Shown here piece by piece: positions 63,798 to 64,000 of a stretch of DNA of 64,000 nucleotides. Below the pieces are notes generated by a model. The model was not told the origin of the DNA. It did no database searches and saw nothing but the letters and a program-made list of their open reading frames with translations. The position numbers were made by a program, and so were the translations under genes. The stretch is from a virus (Duplodnaviria > Caudoviricetes). The stretch is taken from positions 3,628 to 67,627 of the IMG/VR virus record IMGVR_UViG_3300038412_000035. One strand, given 5' to 3'. The stretch's first letter is position 1, and the number at the start of each line of letters is the position of its first letter.

Positions 63798-63984
63798 CCC
63801 GGCTCGCCCTGCCCGGCTCGCCCTGCCCGGCTCGCCCTGCCCGGCTCGCCCTGCCCGGCTCGCCCCGCCCGGCTCGCCCCGCCCGGCTCGCCCCGCCCGG
63901 CTCGCCCCGCCCGGCTCGCCCCGCCCGGCTCGCCCCGCCCGGCTCGCCCCGCCCGGCTCGCCCCGCCCGGCTCGCCCCGCCCGG
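63798..63984. repeat. 14-bp tandem repeat x13 (CCCGGCTCGCCCTG x4, CCCGGCTCGCCCCG x9)
   Basis: Counted directly; G-rich on the minus (helicase-coding) strand. Confidence 0.95.
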
Positions 63985-64000
63985 TTCCAGCCTTCTCGGC

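Noticed and set aside
1-64000. Temperate lifestyle or prophage
   Set aside because: No integrase, repressor, ParA or host genes in the window. The rest of the genome lies outside the window, so this is not excluded.

Overview
Most of a ~64+ kb tailed-phage genome; the window cuts a gene at the left edge. It is a contractile-tailed myovirus with a Pbunavirus/Lindbergviridae-like gene set: phage DnaE plus DnaQ, ThyX-like, FAD oxidoreductase, HAD phosphatase, SNF2 helicase, DUF1073 portal, DUF2213, DUF2184 capsid, DUF3383 sheath and DUF3277 tube. A GcrA homologue points to an alphaproteobacterial host. No integrase, repressor or cas genes were seen. Layout: leftward early operon (1-4158), divergent control region with GC-rich repeats (4160-5340), DNA metabolism/replication with 3 tRNAs (5349-22539), NusG-like gene then packaging, head, tail and baseplate (22870-50001), exported/lectin-like and lysis genes (50040-59801), and a convergent minus-strand block ending in the helicase (59802-63746). 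The standout feature is seven type II hammerhead ribozymes on the minus strand, punctuating the early operon at gene junctions. All keep the catalytic core (CUGANGA, GAAA, GUC cleavage triplet) and show covarying stems. Self-cleavage would cut the early polycistron into mostly single-gene RNAs whose ends can re-form a hammerhead. Other notable items: an R67/DfrB-type DHFR homologue, an HNH-containing intein in DnaE, a NUDIX domain fused to the head protease/scaffold, a tape measure protein with lysozyme and SGNH esterase domains, a -1 frameshift in the tail chaperone, a Tat-signal glycoside hydrolase, and a duplicated 101-bp upstream element. All calls are by eye; no database search or folding program was run.
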